DNA from: Thermoleophilia bacterium
Lineage (GTDB): Bacteria > Actinomycetota > Thermoleophilia > UBA2241
Length of the DNA: 64,000 bases
Direction of reading: 5' to 3'
NCBI GenBank assembly: GCA_040776965.1
Contig: JAXGZO010000001.1
Location: 1,062,275 to 1,126,274 of the forward strand
This document shows positions 1 through 10,445 of the stretch, in pieces. The translations under genes were made by a program, and so were the position numbers. The notes under the pieces are model-generated. The model saw only the letters and a list, made by a program, of their open reading frames with translations, did not search any database and was not told the DNA's origin. Position 1 is the stretch's first letter; the number at the start of each line of letters is the position of its first letter.

Positions 1-874
<874 letters not shown>

Positions 875-883
875 CACGGCCGC

Positions 884-2476
884 CTATTGTACAGCTTCTG
901 CGCCGTCGTCTCCGCCGCGGCGCCCGCGGCGGCGCATCATGCGCCGTACTACCGCCATCTCCTCGAGGCGCAGCGCCCGGGCCACGCCGAGGTAGACGAG
1001 GCCGCCGGCGCCGACCGCGAGGGTGACGGCGACGAGCAATTGGAGGAAGCCGCCGGCCGCGAACCCGCGGAGCAGGTACCAAAGGCCGCCGGAGACGGCC
1101 GCCAGCGCCACGGCGGCGAGCGCCGCGCCGGCGGCGGCCCGGGCGATGCCGCGGCCGCCCAACCGCCCCACCTGCCGCCGGAGCAGCCAGATGAGCGCGA
1201 TCGTGTTAAAAGCCGAGACGATCGAGGTGGAGAGCGCGATGCCGGCCACGCCGAGCGGCTTGAGCAATACCCAGTCGAGCACGGCGTTGAGAAAGAGGTT
1301 GATGAGACCCACGAAGAGCGGCAACCAGGGGCGCTGCATGCTCTGAAAGCTCCGGTTAAACATGATGTTGACGTTGGCGAAGGTGAGGCCGATGGAGAGC
1401 ATCGCGAGGGTGGCGCCCACCTGCGCGCTGGCGGCGGCGGTAAAGGCGCCGCGCTCATACACCAAGCTCACGATCGGCAGGGCGAGCACCGTGAACCACG
1501 CGAAGAAGGGCAACGAGACGAAGACCATCTGCCGCACGCCGGTGGAGAGCGTCTCGCGGAACTGATCCCAGTCGCCCTGCGCCACAAACCGCGAGAGCGA
1601 GGGAAACAGAATCGTGCCTATGGTGACCGCGAAGATCCCCTGCGGGAGCTGGTAGAGGCGGAAGGAGAAGCCGATCTCCGCCGCCGCGTGGTCGCTCACG
1701 TACTGCGCGAAGAAGGTGTCGATCAGCGAGTTAAAGTTGAGGATGCCGAGCGTGACGGTGATGGGCACCATGAGCACGAGTACGCGGCGGAGGTTGGGGT
1801 CTTTAAAGTTAAAGCTGGGGCGCAGCGGCTCGCCGGCGGCGTGCGCGGCGAGCATGAGTAGGATGAGCTCCACGACCGTACCCACGAGGGTGCCCCACGC
1901 CAGGGCGTAGATGCCCCACTGCTCGTGCCAGATCACCATAAAGAGGATGATCGCGAGGTTCCACACAATGGAGACCACGGCGGGCATGGTGAACCGCTCG
2001 TGCGCGTAGAGCACACCGGTGAGCACGCCGGCCAGCGCCAGCACGAGGATAGTGGGTACGAGGATCTGCAGCAGGTGGGCGGCGAGCACGGCCGTGTGCG
2101 AGGAGGCGGTGAGCTCGGGGAACACCGCCCCCACGAGCGGCGAGGCCGCCACCACGAGCGCCACGCACACGGCGCCCACCACGAGCAGCATAAACCCGAG
2201 GAGCGAGGAGGTGAGCTTGCGGGCGCGCTCCGACTCACCGGCGGCGAAGAGCCCGGTGAGCACCGGCACGAAGGCGGCGCTAATAGCCGCGTCGGCGAAG
2301 AGCTGCCGAATGAGGTTGGGGATCACCGAGACGGAGACGAAGGTGTTGTAGTCGGCGGCCACGCCGTAGATGCCCGCCGTGAGCACCTCGCGACCGAGGC
2401 CCATAACACGAGAGATAGCCGTGGCCGAGGCCACGATCACCGCGGCCCACGCAAGCTTGCGACCGTGTTCGCTCAT
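884..2476 (-). CDS. murJ: Lipid II flippase MurJ (MviN family)
   Basis: ORF 884..2599. It is a polytopic membrane protein with the MurJ-like N-terminus [38 protein letters not shown]...[20 protein letters not shown]. The start was chosen at the internal MSEHG (2476); the upstream 41 codons look like a high-GC extension. Confidence 0.85.
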   Translation of the reverse strand: MSEHGRKLAWAAVIVASATAISRVMGLGREVLTAGIYGVAADYNTFVSVSVIPNLIRQLFADAAISAAFVPVLTGLFAAGESERARKLTSSLLGFMLLVVGAVCVALVVAASPLVGAVFPELTASSHTAVLAAHLLQILVPTILVLALAGVLTGVLYAHERFTMPAVVSIVWNLAIILFMVIWHEQWGIYALAWGTLVGTVVELILLMLAAHAAGEPLRPSFNFKDPNLRRVLVLMVPITVTLGILNFNSLIDTFFAQYVSDHAAAEIGFSFRLYQLPQGIFAVTIGTILFPSLSRFVAQGDWDQFRETLSTGVRQMVFVSLPFFAWFTVLALPIVSLVYERGAFTAAASAQVGATLAMLSIGLTFANVNIMFNRSFQSMQRPWLPLFVGLINLFLNAVLDWVLLKPLGVAGIALSTSIVSAFNTIALIWLLRRQVGRLGGRGIARAAAGAALAAVALAAVSGGLWYLLRGFAAGGFLQLLVAVTLAVGAGGLVYLGVARALRLEEMAVVRRMMRRRGRRGGDDGAEAVQ

Positions 2477-2662
2477 CCCCCTCCTCATCTGCTGTCGATG
2501 GCCGGGCCGGCCAACCACCGACCGCCGGCCAGTGTACCAGAGCGGCGAGCGGCTGCGCTCGCGCCGCTGTTGCCGGCACCACACTTCGCGTGATAGCATA
2601 CTGCGCTCGAGCGCAGCCCCACTGCCTCAGCACGCCGTCACGACCACGAGAACGAGGACCAC

Positions 2663-2929
2663 GTGGCTAACATTAAGCAGCAGAAGAAGCGCATTCGTCT
2701 GGCCGAGAAGCAGCGGCTGCGCAACCGTCACACCAAGTCGACGCTCAAGTCGCTCTTTAAGCGCCTCGAGTCGCAGATCGCCGACGAGCAGAGCGAGGAG
2801 GCCGGCAAGACGGCCACCCTCCTCACGTCGCGTATCGACAAAGCCGCCTCTAAGGGCGTCATCCACAAGAACAACGCCGCCCACAAGAAGAGCCGCGTCG
2901 CCAGCATGCTGGCGCGCTTCTCCAGCTAA
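2663..2929 (+). CDS. rpsT: 30S ribosomal protein S20
   Basis: 88 aa reading MANIKQQKKRIRLAEKQRLRNRHTKSTLKS...; the basic, Lys/Arg-rich S20 signature. It is divergent from murJ. Confidence 0.9.
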   Translation: MANIKQQKKRIRLAEKQRLRNRHTKSTLKSLFKRLESQIADEQSEEAGKTATLLTSRIDKAASKGVIHKNNAAHKKSRVASMLARFSS

Positions 2930-2965
2930 AGCGGCGCGAGCGGCGAGTCCGCAGCGTTTCAGCGA

Positions 2966-2999
2966 AACGGCCGGTGCACCTCCGTGCGCCGGCCGTTTC
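2966..2999. terminator. Bidirectional rho-independent terminator between the convergent rpsT and holA genes
   Basis: A near-perfect 14-bp stem AACGGCCGGTGCAC / GTGCGCCGGCCGTT has a 4-nt loop. It is followed by TTCGTCGTT on the + strand and preceded by GAAA (a T-run on the other strand). Confidence 0.55.
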
Positions 3000-3052
3000 G
3001 TCGTTCCGGGGGCGATTACAAGAGAGGCGCCGCCGCGCGGCGAACGCGACGC

Positions 3053-4093
3053 CTACTCCGCGAGGATCCGCGCGAGCGCCAGCTCGAGCACGAGCCGGTC
3101 GGTGTGGTTCACGCCGGCCTCCGTCTCGAGCGTGGCCGGCGCCCGCCCCCGCATGCCGAGCTGGGCGGCGGCGAGGGCGCGGAGCGCCCGGTTGAGCCGG
3201 CGGCGGTCGTAGTGCCTCCGCTGCTCCAGCACCTTACGCGCCGTAAAGGCGTGCACCGAGGCCCCCAAGGCCTCGGTGAGCTCCTTGGCGGCGGTGGCCG
3301 AGTCGTTGCACTCGAGCCGGGATGCCGCGTTGAGGAGCCGCACGTGCCGCACGAGCATGGCGAGCACTCGGCCCGCGTCCTCCTGCGCGTTGGTGGAGGC
3401 GAAGATGATCTCGAGCAGCGCGAAGGCCCGTGAGCGATCGCGGTGCCCCACCGCATCCATGAGGTCGAAGATGCGCGCCTCGTCGTCGGGGGTGCAGACG
3501 GCGTCGATATCTTGCTCGGTGGCCACCTCGCCGCGGCAGTAGACCGCGAGCTTCTCGATCTCGCGCTCCAGGCGCTCCGCGTGTTGCGGGTCGTCGCCGC
3601 ACACCTTAAGGAGGTGCTTGGCCGCATCCTTTCTCAGCGGCAGGCGGTTCGCCTTGGCGCGCCCCTGCGCCCACTCCGCCATCTCGTACTTCTTGGGCAG
3701 CTCCCAGACCAGCACCGAGCCGACCGCGTTGATCGCCTTAAAGAGCGCGTCGTCTTTAGGGAGCTTGAGCGCCTCCACGGCCAGGCACGTGTCGGGCAGG
3801 AGGTTGGCGGCGCAGGCGGCGAGGCGCCCACGCTGCTTCACGCGCAGCACGTGCGCGTTGGCGACGAGGATAAGGCGCGTGCCGAGGGCGAACCCGGGCA
3901 TCTCGCAGGCGTCCAGCACCTCCTGGAGTACGTCCTCGGGCCTGCCGCTCTCGATGTCGAAGGAGCTGATGTTGATGTCGCTCCCCGACTCGTCGATAAC
4001 GCGCTGCCGCAGACGCAGCACCGCGCGGCGGACCTTGGGGCGGTCGCTGCCGAGCATGAGGTACGCGGGTTTAAGGGGGGCGGGCTCGCTCAT
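3053..4093 (-). CDS. holA: DNA polymerase III delta subunit (HolA)
   Basis: 346 aa reading MSEPAPLKPAYLMLGSDRPKVRRAVLRLRQ... It sits in the conserved rpsT / holA-comEC-comEA arrangement. Confidence 0.8.
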   Translation of the reverse strand: MSEPAPLKPAYLMLGSDRPKVRRAVLRLRQRVIDESGSDINISSFDIESGRPEDVLQEVLDACEMPGFALGTRLILVANAHVLRVKQRGRLAACAANLLPDTCLAVEALKLPKDDALFKAINAVGSVLVWELPKKYEMAEWAQGRAKANRLPLRKDAAKHLLKVCGDDPQHAERLEREIEKLAVYCRGEVATEQDIDAVCTPDDEARIFDLMDAVGHRDRSRAFALLEIIFASTNAQEDAGRVLAMLVRHVRLLNAASRLECNDSATAAKELTEALGASVHAFTARKVLEQRRHYDRRRLNRALRALAAAQLGMRGRAPATLETEAGVNHTDRLVLELALARILAE

Positions 4094-4114
4094 ACGCCCC
4101 GAAGGATAGCACGC

Positions 4115-6532
4115 TCACTGCGGCCTCGCGACGGTTACACAAAGCTCCCCCGAGCCCCGCGCCGGAGCGACGCGCACGTCGCCGCTGGTGTCGGTGCGCA
4201 GGCACGGGAGCCCGGCGGAGGAGAAGAGGTCGAGGACCTCCCGCGTGGGGTGCCCGTAGCTGTTTGGCCCCACCGAGATGACGCCGACGCGGGCGTGCAG
4301 AGCGGCGAGGTCGGCGGCGCTGAGGCCGCCCCTACTGCCGTGGTGCGGCACGCCGACTACGGCGCAGGGGGGCAGCCCGAGGCGCCGCAGGGCCTCGCCC
4401 TCGCAGTCCCCGGGCAGCAACACACCGTGCGAGCCGACCGTGGCGACGGCGACGAGCGCGGCGTCGTTCTCGCCCTGGTTGGCACTCTCGCCCGGGAGAG
4501 GTTTGGAGGCGAAGATGCGCACGCTCCAACCCTCCCCCGAGAGCGTCGCCGCCTGCGAACACCAGTGCACCTGCGTGCCGGCGTCCTGCAGCTGCCGCGC
4601 TATGCGCGGCAGCGCGGAGCCCGGCGGCGGCAGCGGCAGGAGCGCGGTGCGGATCTTGATGCTGCCGACCACGTCGCTCAGCCCCGCGACGTGGTCGGCG
4701 TGGCCGTGCGAGAGCACGAGCACGTCGATGCGCCGCACCGCGTGTGCGCGTAGCGAGCGGGCGAGCGGCGCGGGCCCGGCGTCGAAGAGCACCGTGTAGC
4801 CGCCGGGCTCCTGCAGCAGCGCGGCGGCCCCCTCCCCCACCTCCAAAAACGTGACCGTGGGGGCTGCCGGAAGCTGAGCGCCGCGTGGCGCGAAGAGCAG
4901 GACGAGCGCGACGAGGCAGGCCGCGAGGGTGAGGAGCCGGCCGCGGCGACCGGGCTGAGTGACGTACGCGCGCAGCCCGCAGCCGACGCGCACCGCCAGC
5001 ACGCCGGCCCCGGCGGCGAGCGCGACCGCGAGCAGCACCCCGAGGCTGAGCCCGTGCCACTCCCACACAGCCCACGGCAGCCGGCCGAAGAGCCGGGCAA
5101 CGGCGAGCAAGAACCCGGCGAAGACGCCCGCCACCACGTTGAGTGCCCCCGAGAGCCAGGGGCTCACGAACCCGAGCAGCAGCGAGAGCATGCCGAGGAA
5201 CATGATGGGCATGAGCACGAACCCACCCACCAGGTTGGCCGGCACCGCCACCAACGAGGTGGAGCCGAAGGCGAGGAGCGAGACCGGCGTGGTGGCCAAG
5301 CTGGCCGCCGCCGTAACCCCCGCCTGCTCGCTGAGCGGCCCCGGCAAAAAGGAGAGGAGCCGCGTGAGGCGATTGGCCAGGAGCAGCAGCCCGGCCACGG
5401 CCGCGAACGACAGCTGAAACGAGACGTCGTGCACCGCGTACGGGTTTGCCGTGAGCAACCAGGCGCCCGGCGCGAGCCAAAAGAGCCAGCCGTCGCTCGG
5501 CCGGGAGGCGAGTATGGCGAGCAGGCCGAGCACGCCCGATATGCCGGCGCGGACGATAGAGGGGGAGGCGCCGGTGAGCAGCACGTAGCACAACACCACC
5601 GGCACGAGCAGCACCGTGCGCGCCAGACGGGGCACCCTGAGGAGCGTAAAGAGAAACGCCCACATGGCGCAGAGCAGCACCACGTTCTCGCCGGAGACGG
5701 CCATAATGTGCAGGAGCCCGCTGCGGCGAAAGTCGCTGATGGACTGCTCGTCTACCCCCTCGTCGTCGCCCAGCACCATGCCCTGCAGGATCTCGCTCAC
5801 CGGCGGCCGCACGGCCTCGCGCAGGTGAGCCCGCGAGGCCTGCCGCAAGCGGTCGACGGCGCCGAGCACGCCGCCGCGCCGGCCCTCCACCTTAAGGCTC
5901 TGCCACCGCGCGGAGAGCAACACGTGCTCGCCGCGCCTTTTGAGGTAGCGGCCGTAGTCGAAGGAGTTCGGCCGCGGCGCCGGCAACGGCTTAACGCGTA
6001 CGTCTGCGACGGAGACGGTGACGCCCTCCACGAGCGGACCGGCCGAGTCGAGGCGAGGGGACCGCTCGCCGTCGAGGTAGAGCCGGAGGTGCGCCGGCTC
6101 CCGCACCGGCCGGCCGTTAACCTCCGTGACCGAGAGGGCGAGGGTGACGACGCCTTGCTTCTCCCGCGGCAGGTCGGTGAGCGTGGCCCGCAGGCCCACG
6201 GTGCGGCCCACAGCCGGCCGCAACGCCGAGCGCTCGAGCGCCGCGAGGCGCCACTCCCCCACCACGAACCCGGCGAGCGCCGCGAGCGCGGCCAGGCCCA
6301 CCAGCACGAGCAGCGGCCACGCGGCGGCGGCCGGCCGGCCCTCCGCCGCCCGCGCCATGCGCCCGGCCAACGCCGTGCCGCCTACGGCCGCGGCGAAGAG
6401 CACCACTACCGCCGGCCGGGAGAGCCCGAGCGCCGGGGCCGCTACGAGGCCGAGGCAGTACCCCGCCAGTATGGCGTGTGGCGCCGAGACGCCGCGCGCG
6501 ACGGCGAGCAAGCGCCCGAGGAGGCGCTCCAC
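4115..6532 (-). CDS. comEC: DNA internalization competence protein ComEC/Rec2
   Basis: 805 aa. It has an N-terminal multi-TM competence domain and a C-terminal metallo-beta-lactamase fold (VLVLSHGHADHVAGL, HHGS). It lies immediately downstream of comEA. Confidence 0.85.
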   Translation of the reverse strand: MERLLGRLLAVARGVSAPHAILAGYCLGLVAAPALGLSRPAVVVLFAAAVGGTALAGRMARAAEGRPAAAAWPLLVLVGLAALAALAGFVVGEWRLAALERSALRPAVGRTVGLRATLTDLPREKQGVVTLALSVTEVNGRPVREPAHLRLYLDGERSPRLDSAGPLVEGVTVSVADVRVKPLPAPRPNSFDYGRYLKRRGEHVLLSARWQSLKVEGRRGGVLGAVDRLRQASRAHLREAVRPPVSEILQGMVLGDDEGVDEQSISDFRRSGLLHIMAVSGENVVLLCAMWAFLFTLLRVPRLARTVLLVPVVLCYVLLTGASPSIVRAGISGVLGLLAILASRPSDGWLFWLAPGAWLLTANPYAVHDVSFQLSFAAVAGLLLLANRLTRLLSFLPGPLSEQAGVTAAASLATTPVSLLAFGSTSLVAVPANLVGGFVLMPIMFLGMLSLLLGFVSPWLSGALNVVAGVFAGFLLAVARLFGRLPWAVWEWHGLSLGVLLAVALAAGAGVLAVRVGCGLRAYVTQPGRRGRLLTLAACLVALVLLFAPRGAQLPAAPTVTFLEVGEGAAALLQEPGGYTVLFDAGPAPLARSLRAHAVRRIDVLVLSHGHADHVAGLSDVVGSIKIRTALLPLPPPGSALPRIARQLQDAGTQVHWCSQAATLSGEGWSVRIFASKPLPGESANQGENDAALVAVATVGSHGVLLPGDCEGEALRRLGLPPCAVVGVPHHGSRGGLSAADLAALHARVGVISVGPNSYGHPTREVLDLFSSAGLPCLRTDTSGDVRVAPARGSGELCVTVARPQ

Positions 6533-6535
6533 ACG

Positions 6536-7183
6536 CTACACCGTGATGTTGGCCTTGATGGCCTCGAACTTAGCGGGGCCGATGCCCGGCACCTGCTTAA
6601 TGTCGTCGATCGTTTTAAACGCGCCGTTGGCGGTGCGGTAGTCGATGATCTTCTGCGCGGTGGCGGGGCCGATGCCGGTGAGCGAGTCGAGCTCCTCCAG
6701 CGAGGCCGTGTTGATGTTGACGGGCGCGCCGGCGGCCGCGGGGCCGGCGGCCGACGAGGAGCCAGCGGCCGCAGGGCCACCGGCTTGTGCCGCACCACCG
6801 GCCGCCGCGGCCTCGCCGCGGCGCGGCACGACGATCTGCTGGCCGTCGGCGAGCTTAGCGGCGAGGTTGAGGGCGGCGAGCTCCGCCCCGGAGGTGGCGC
6901 CACCCGCCCGCTTGAGCGCGTCGGCCACCCGCGCCCCGGTGGGGAGCCTTACGAGCCCCGGGGAGCGCACGGCCCCGCACACATACACAACCACCTCGCC
7001 GGCCGGAGACGACGCCGGCGAGGCGCCCCGGGGGGCACTCGGCGAGCCGGAGGCTGCGAGCTCGAGCTTTGCCCCAGCCGGCTCGCCCGAGCCGCGAGAG
7101 GGGAGCACGTAGCGCACCCCGACCGCTATGACGAGCGCGGCGAGCACTGCGTAGATGAGAATCTGGCGACGGGTCGGCGGCAT
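6536..7183 (-). CDS. comEA: Competence protein ComEA (helix-hairpin-helix DNA-binding)
   Basis: 215 aa. It has a signal anchor and C-terminal tandem HhH, reading NINTASLEELDSLTGIGPATAQKIIDYRTANGAFKTIDDIKQVPGIGPAKFEAIK. Confidence 0.85.
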   Translation of the reverse strand: MPPTRRQILIYAVLAALVIAVGVRYVLPSRGSGEPAGAKLELAASGSPSAPRGASPASSPAGEVVVYVCGAVRSPGLVRLPTGARVADALKRAGGATSGAELAALNLAAKLADGQQIVVPRRGEAAAAGGAAQAGGPAAAGSSSAAGPAAAGAPVNINTASLEELDSLTGIGPATAQKIIDYRTANGAFKTIDDIKQVPGIGPAKFEAIKANITV

Positions 7184-7314
7184 AGCATCATCTCCTCAGC
7201 AGAAGACAGAGCCGAGGGGGCGAGAGGGCGCCGCCTCGTTGCCGTGATGCTACGCCGGAGCCGCCCGCGCGGGCATCGCCCCAAAGGGGCGATTTTACGC
7301 GGTGACGATGAGCC

Positions 7315-9792
7315 CTACTTCACCACCAGGTTCACGAGCTTGCCGGGCACGTAGATCTCCTTGACGATCTGCTTGCCCTCGAGGAAGCGCGCGGTGTTCT
7401 CCGCCGCGCGCGCCAGCGCGAGCACGTCGTCCTTCTCCGCGTCCACCGGCATCTGCAGACGATCGCGCAGCTTGCCGTTGACCTGTACCACAACGGTGAC
7501 GACCTCATCCGCCGCGAGCTCCTCGTCCCAGCTGGGCCACGATGCGTCCAGCACCGTGCCACCGCCGCCGAGCAGCTCCCACGCCTCTTCGCCGAGGTGC
7601 GGGGCCATGGGCGCCAGCAGGAGCGTCATAGTGCAGAGCACCTCGCGCCACTGCGCGAGGCTGAGCGAGCCACGGGCGTTTACCCACACGTCCAGCGCCT
7701 CGTTCTGCAGCTCCATGAGCGCCGAGACGGCGGTGTTAAAGCGGAAGCCCTCCACATCGCCGGTGACCTTACGGATGGTCTTGTGGAGGATGCGCAGCAG
7801 ATGGCGGCCCCGCTCGGCCTCGGCCTCGTCGGCCGCCACCCCACTCCCCTGCGCCTCGGCCACCTCGCCGACGAGGTTCCAAAAGCGCGTGAGGAACCGC
7901 GAGCACCCCTGCACGCCGCGGTCGCTCCAGGCCACGCTCTGCTCAAAGGGCGCTATGAAGAGCTCGTACACCCGCAGGCTGTCGGCGCCGTAGCGCTCCA
8001 CCACGCTGTCGGGGGTCACCACGTTGCCCTTGCTCTTGCTCATCTTCTGGCCGTCCTCGGCCTGGATCATGCCCTGGTTGCGCAGGCGGGCGTAGGGCTC
8101 GCTGAAGCTCACGTAGCCGGCGTCGTGGGCGACCTTGCAGAAGAAGCGGGCGTAGAGCAGGTGCATCACCGCGTGCTCGGCGCCGCCGACGTACAAGTCG
8201 ACCGGCAGCCAATACTCGACCTTCTCGCGGTTAAACGCCGCGCCCTCTTCGCGCGGCGAGGCGTAGCGGAAGTGGTACCAACTGGAGCACGCGAACGTGT
8301 CCATGGTGTCGGTCTCGCGCCGGCCCGGCCCGCCGCAGCGGGGGCAGGCGGTGTGCAAAAAGGACTCGCTGCGGGCGAGCGGCGAGCGGCCGTCGTCGGT
8401 GGGGTGAAAGTCCTCCAAGTCGGGCAGCAGCACCGGCAGCTCCTCCACCGGCACCGGCACCGGGCCGCAGCTCTCGCAGTGCACGATAGGGATAGGCGCG
8501 CCCCAGTAGCGCTGGCGGCTGATCAGCCAATCGCGCAGCTTAAAGTTGATCTTCTTGCGGGCCACACCGCGCTCGGCGAGCCGGGCGACGATGGCCTCAA
8601 ACGCCTCGCCCGGCGCGGCCAGGCCGTTAAACTCGCCGGAGTTCACCATAAAGCCGTCGCCGGTGTACGCCTCGGTAAGCGTGCCCTGAGCGCCGCTGGG
8701 CGGCGCGATGACCTCGGTTATGGGCAGGCCGAAGGCCGTGGCGAACTGGAAGTCGCGCTCGTCGTGCGCCGGCACCGCCATAATAGCGCCGGTGCCGTAC
8801 CCCATGAGCACGTAGTCGCTGATCCAGATGGGGACGGGCGCCCCGTTAACGGGGTTAACGGCGTAAGCCCCCGTAAAGACGCCCGTCTTCTCCTTCTCGG
8901 TGCTCAGCCGCTCTATGTCGCTCTGGCGCCGCGCCTGGTCCTGGTACGCACCTACCGCCTCGCGCTGCTCGGGCACCGTGAGCTCGGGTACCAGCGGGTG
9001 CTCCGGCGCGAGCACCATGTAGCTGGCGCCGAAGAGCGTGTCGGGCCGCGTGGTAAACACAGTGAGCGTCTCGCCGCTCCCCTGCACGGTGAAGTCCACC
9101 TCGGCGCCCTCGCTGCGGCCGATCCAGTTGGTCTGCATGAGCTTGATCTGCTCGGGCCAGTCGATCGTGCTCAAATCGTCAAGTAGACGCTGCGCGTACT
9201 CGGTGATGCGCAGATACCACTGCTCGAGGCTCTTCTTGGTCACGTCGCTGCTGCACCGCCAGCACCGGCCCTGCTCCACCTGCTCGTTGGCGAGAATCGT
9301 CTTGCAGCTGGGGCACCACCACTGCTGCCCCGCGGAGCGGTACGCGAGGCCGCGCTCGTAGAGCAGCAAGAAGAACCATTGCGTCCACTTGTAGTAGTCG
9401 GGCGAGCAGCTCGTGACCTCGCGCGTCCAGTCAAAGGAGAGCGCGATAAGGTCCATCTGCCGCCGGTAGTTAGCGATGTTGCGCTCGGTGGTCACCTGCG
9501 GGTGCACGCCCATCTTGATGGCGTAGTTCTCGGCCGGCAGACCGAAGGCGTCCCACCCCATGGGGTGCAGCACGTTGTAGCCCTGCATGCGCTTGTAGCG
9601 AGAGACTACGTCGGTGGGCACGTAGTTGCGGCAGTGCCCCACGCTCAGCCCGTCGCCGGAGGGGTAAGGGAAGAAGTCGAGGCAGTAGAACTTGGGCTTG
9701 TCGCCCTCGTCCGGGGTGAGATAGGCGTCCCGCTCCCGCCAACGTCGCTGCCACTTTTGCTCTATGGCGTGCGGGTCGTAACGTCGATCCAT
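7315..9792 (-). CDS. leuS: Leucyl-tRNA synthetase
   Basis: ORF 7315..9882. It has the class I HIGH (PYPSGDGLSVGHCRNY) and KMSKS (KMSKSKGN) motifs. The start was set at MDRRYDPHAIEQKWQ (9792). Confidence 0.9.
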   Translation of the reverse strand: MDRRYDPHAIEQKWQRRWRERDAYLTPDEGDKPKFYCLDFFPYPSGDGLSVGHCRNYVPTDVVSRYKRMQGYNVLHPMGWDAFGLPAENYAIKMGVHPQVTTERNIANYRRQMDLIALSFDWTREVTSCSPDYYKWTQWFFLLLYERGLAYRSAGQQWWCPSCKTILANEQVEQGRCWRCSSDVTKKSLEQWYLRITEYAQRLLDDLSTIDWPEQIKLMQTNWIGRSEGAEVDFTVQGSGETLTVFTTRPDTLFGASYMVLAPEHPLVPELTVPEQREAVGAYQDQARRQSDIERLSTEKEKTGVFTGAYAVNPVNGAPVPIWISDYVLMGYGTGAIMAVPAHDERDFQFATAFGLPITEVIAPPSGAQGTLTEAYTGDGFMVNSGEFNGLAAPGEAFEAIVARLAERGVARKKINFKLRDWLISRQRYWGAPIPIVHCESCGPVPVPVEELPVLLPDLEDFHPTDDGRSPLARSESFLHTACPRCGGPGRRETDTMDTFACSSWYHFRYASPREEGAAFNREKVEYWLPVDLYVGGAEHAVMHLLYARFFCKVAHDAGYVSFSEPYARLRNQGMIQAEDGQKMSKSKGNVVTPDSVVERYGADSLRVYELFIAPFEQSVAWSDRGVQGCSRFLTRFWNLVGEVAEAQGSGVAADEAEAERGRHLLRILHKTIRKVTGDVEGFRFNTAVSALMELQNEALDVWVNARGSLSLAQWREVLCTMTLLLAPMAPHLGEEAWELLGGGGTVLDASWPSWDEELAADEVVTVVVQVNGKLRDRLQMPVDAEKDDVLALARAAENTARFLEGKQIVKEIYVPGKLVNLVVK

Positions 9793-9850
9793 GAGTCCCT
9801 CCGAGGGCGTTCGCCGTGACGAAGCTGCCGCGGCGGCGATTGTGTAACCG

Positions 9851-9880
9851 GCGTGCGCGTGCGTGTACGCGTGCGCGTAC
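9851..9880. repeat. Imperfect GTRCGY hexanucleotide tandem repeat (about 5 units of alternating purine-pyrimidine) upstream of leuS
   Basis: The sequence is gtgcgc gtgcgt gtacgc gtgcgc gtacac. It produces RVRVRV and TRTRTR artefact ORFs on both strands. Confidence 0.45.
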
Positions 9881-10039
9881 ACAGCAAAGCGCTTCGGCTG
9901 ATCTTACACGAGTGCAAAGGGCGGGGCTCGCTTCGCCCGCCCGCAGGCGGGGTCGGCTTCGCCGCCCGCCCCCCGGCTTGCGAGCCCAACCGCTCGGCGC
10001 TATACTCACGACCTGCCGGTTGCTCCGGCACCCCTCGGT

Positions 10040-10115
10040 GGGGGTATAGCTCAGTTGGGAGAGCGTTTGGCTGGCAGCCAAAAGGTCACCGGTTCGAGCC
10101 CGGTTACCTCCACCA
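10040..10115 (+). tRNA. tRNA-Ala (anticodon GGC)
   Basis: A 76-nt cloverleaf: acceptor GGGGGTA/TACCTCC with the diagnostic G3:U70 pair, D-arm GCTC-AGTTGGGA-GAGC, anticodon loop CTGGCAG, T-arm ACCGG-TTCGAGC-CCGGT, and an encoded CCA. Confidence 0.9.
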
Positions 10116-10163
10116 ATTTTCCTCTTTTCCTCAGCGGCAGCTGTTGCTGTGCGCGTCTGTTAC

Positions 10164-10193
10164 GGCCCCGCTTGGCGGGGCCGTTTTCGTCTC
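10164..10193 (+). terminator. Rho-independent terminator downstream of tRNA-Ala
   Basis: GGCCCCG-CTTG-GCGGGGCC followed by GTTTTCGTCTC. Confidence 0.5.
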
Positions 10194-10445
10194 TGGAGCC
10201 GCAGGGGCTCCAGGCGGAGCTTCGCCCTCTACGAGCGCTCCGCCCCGCTCCCCCACGCCAATAGCAGGGACTCTACATATTCTGTCACCCCTGAGGGGTA
10301 TGATGAGTAGCTGCACCCACTGAGGAGACGCCGACATATGAACAGAGCCCGCCACGCCGGGGTGACTCTCCACCCGAGGCATCTAAGAGCGACAGAGCGC
10401 AGCATGTGGCCGAAACGGCCCAGGGCGGCTAGTCGGCAGCTCTAG

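Noticed and set aside
7184-7314. The palindrome CGCCCCAAAGGGGCG followed by ATTTTA downstream of leuS, as a + strand terminator.
   Set aside because: Nothing is transcribed on the + strand here. It is more simply the leuS (minus-strand) terminator hairpin, palindromic by nature. It is not listed as a separate feature because the U-run is poor in that orientation.
5054-7354. Very long + strand ORFs antisense to known genes: for example 5054..7354 (766 aa), 626..1861, 3443..4753, 7597..9186, 34600..37272 (890 aa), 47088..48938, 55903..57573.
   Set aside because: They are Arg/Gly/Ala/Pro/His-rich low-complexity translations lying opposite well-supported conserved genes (comEC/comEA, murJ, holA, leuS, murD/mraY, pcrA, PP2C phosphatase). 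They are typical stop-codon-poor artefacts of very high-GC DNA.
9853-10323. ORF 9853..10323 (MRVRVRVRVH...) and ORF 9762..10031 (...TRTRTRTRTP).
   Set aside because: They are translation artefacts of the GTRCGY hexamer repeat and overlap the tRNA-Ala gene. They are not coding.
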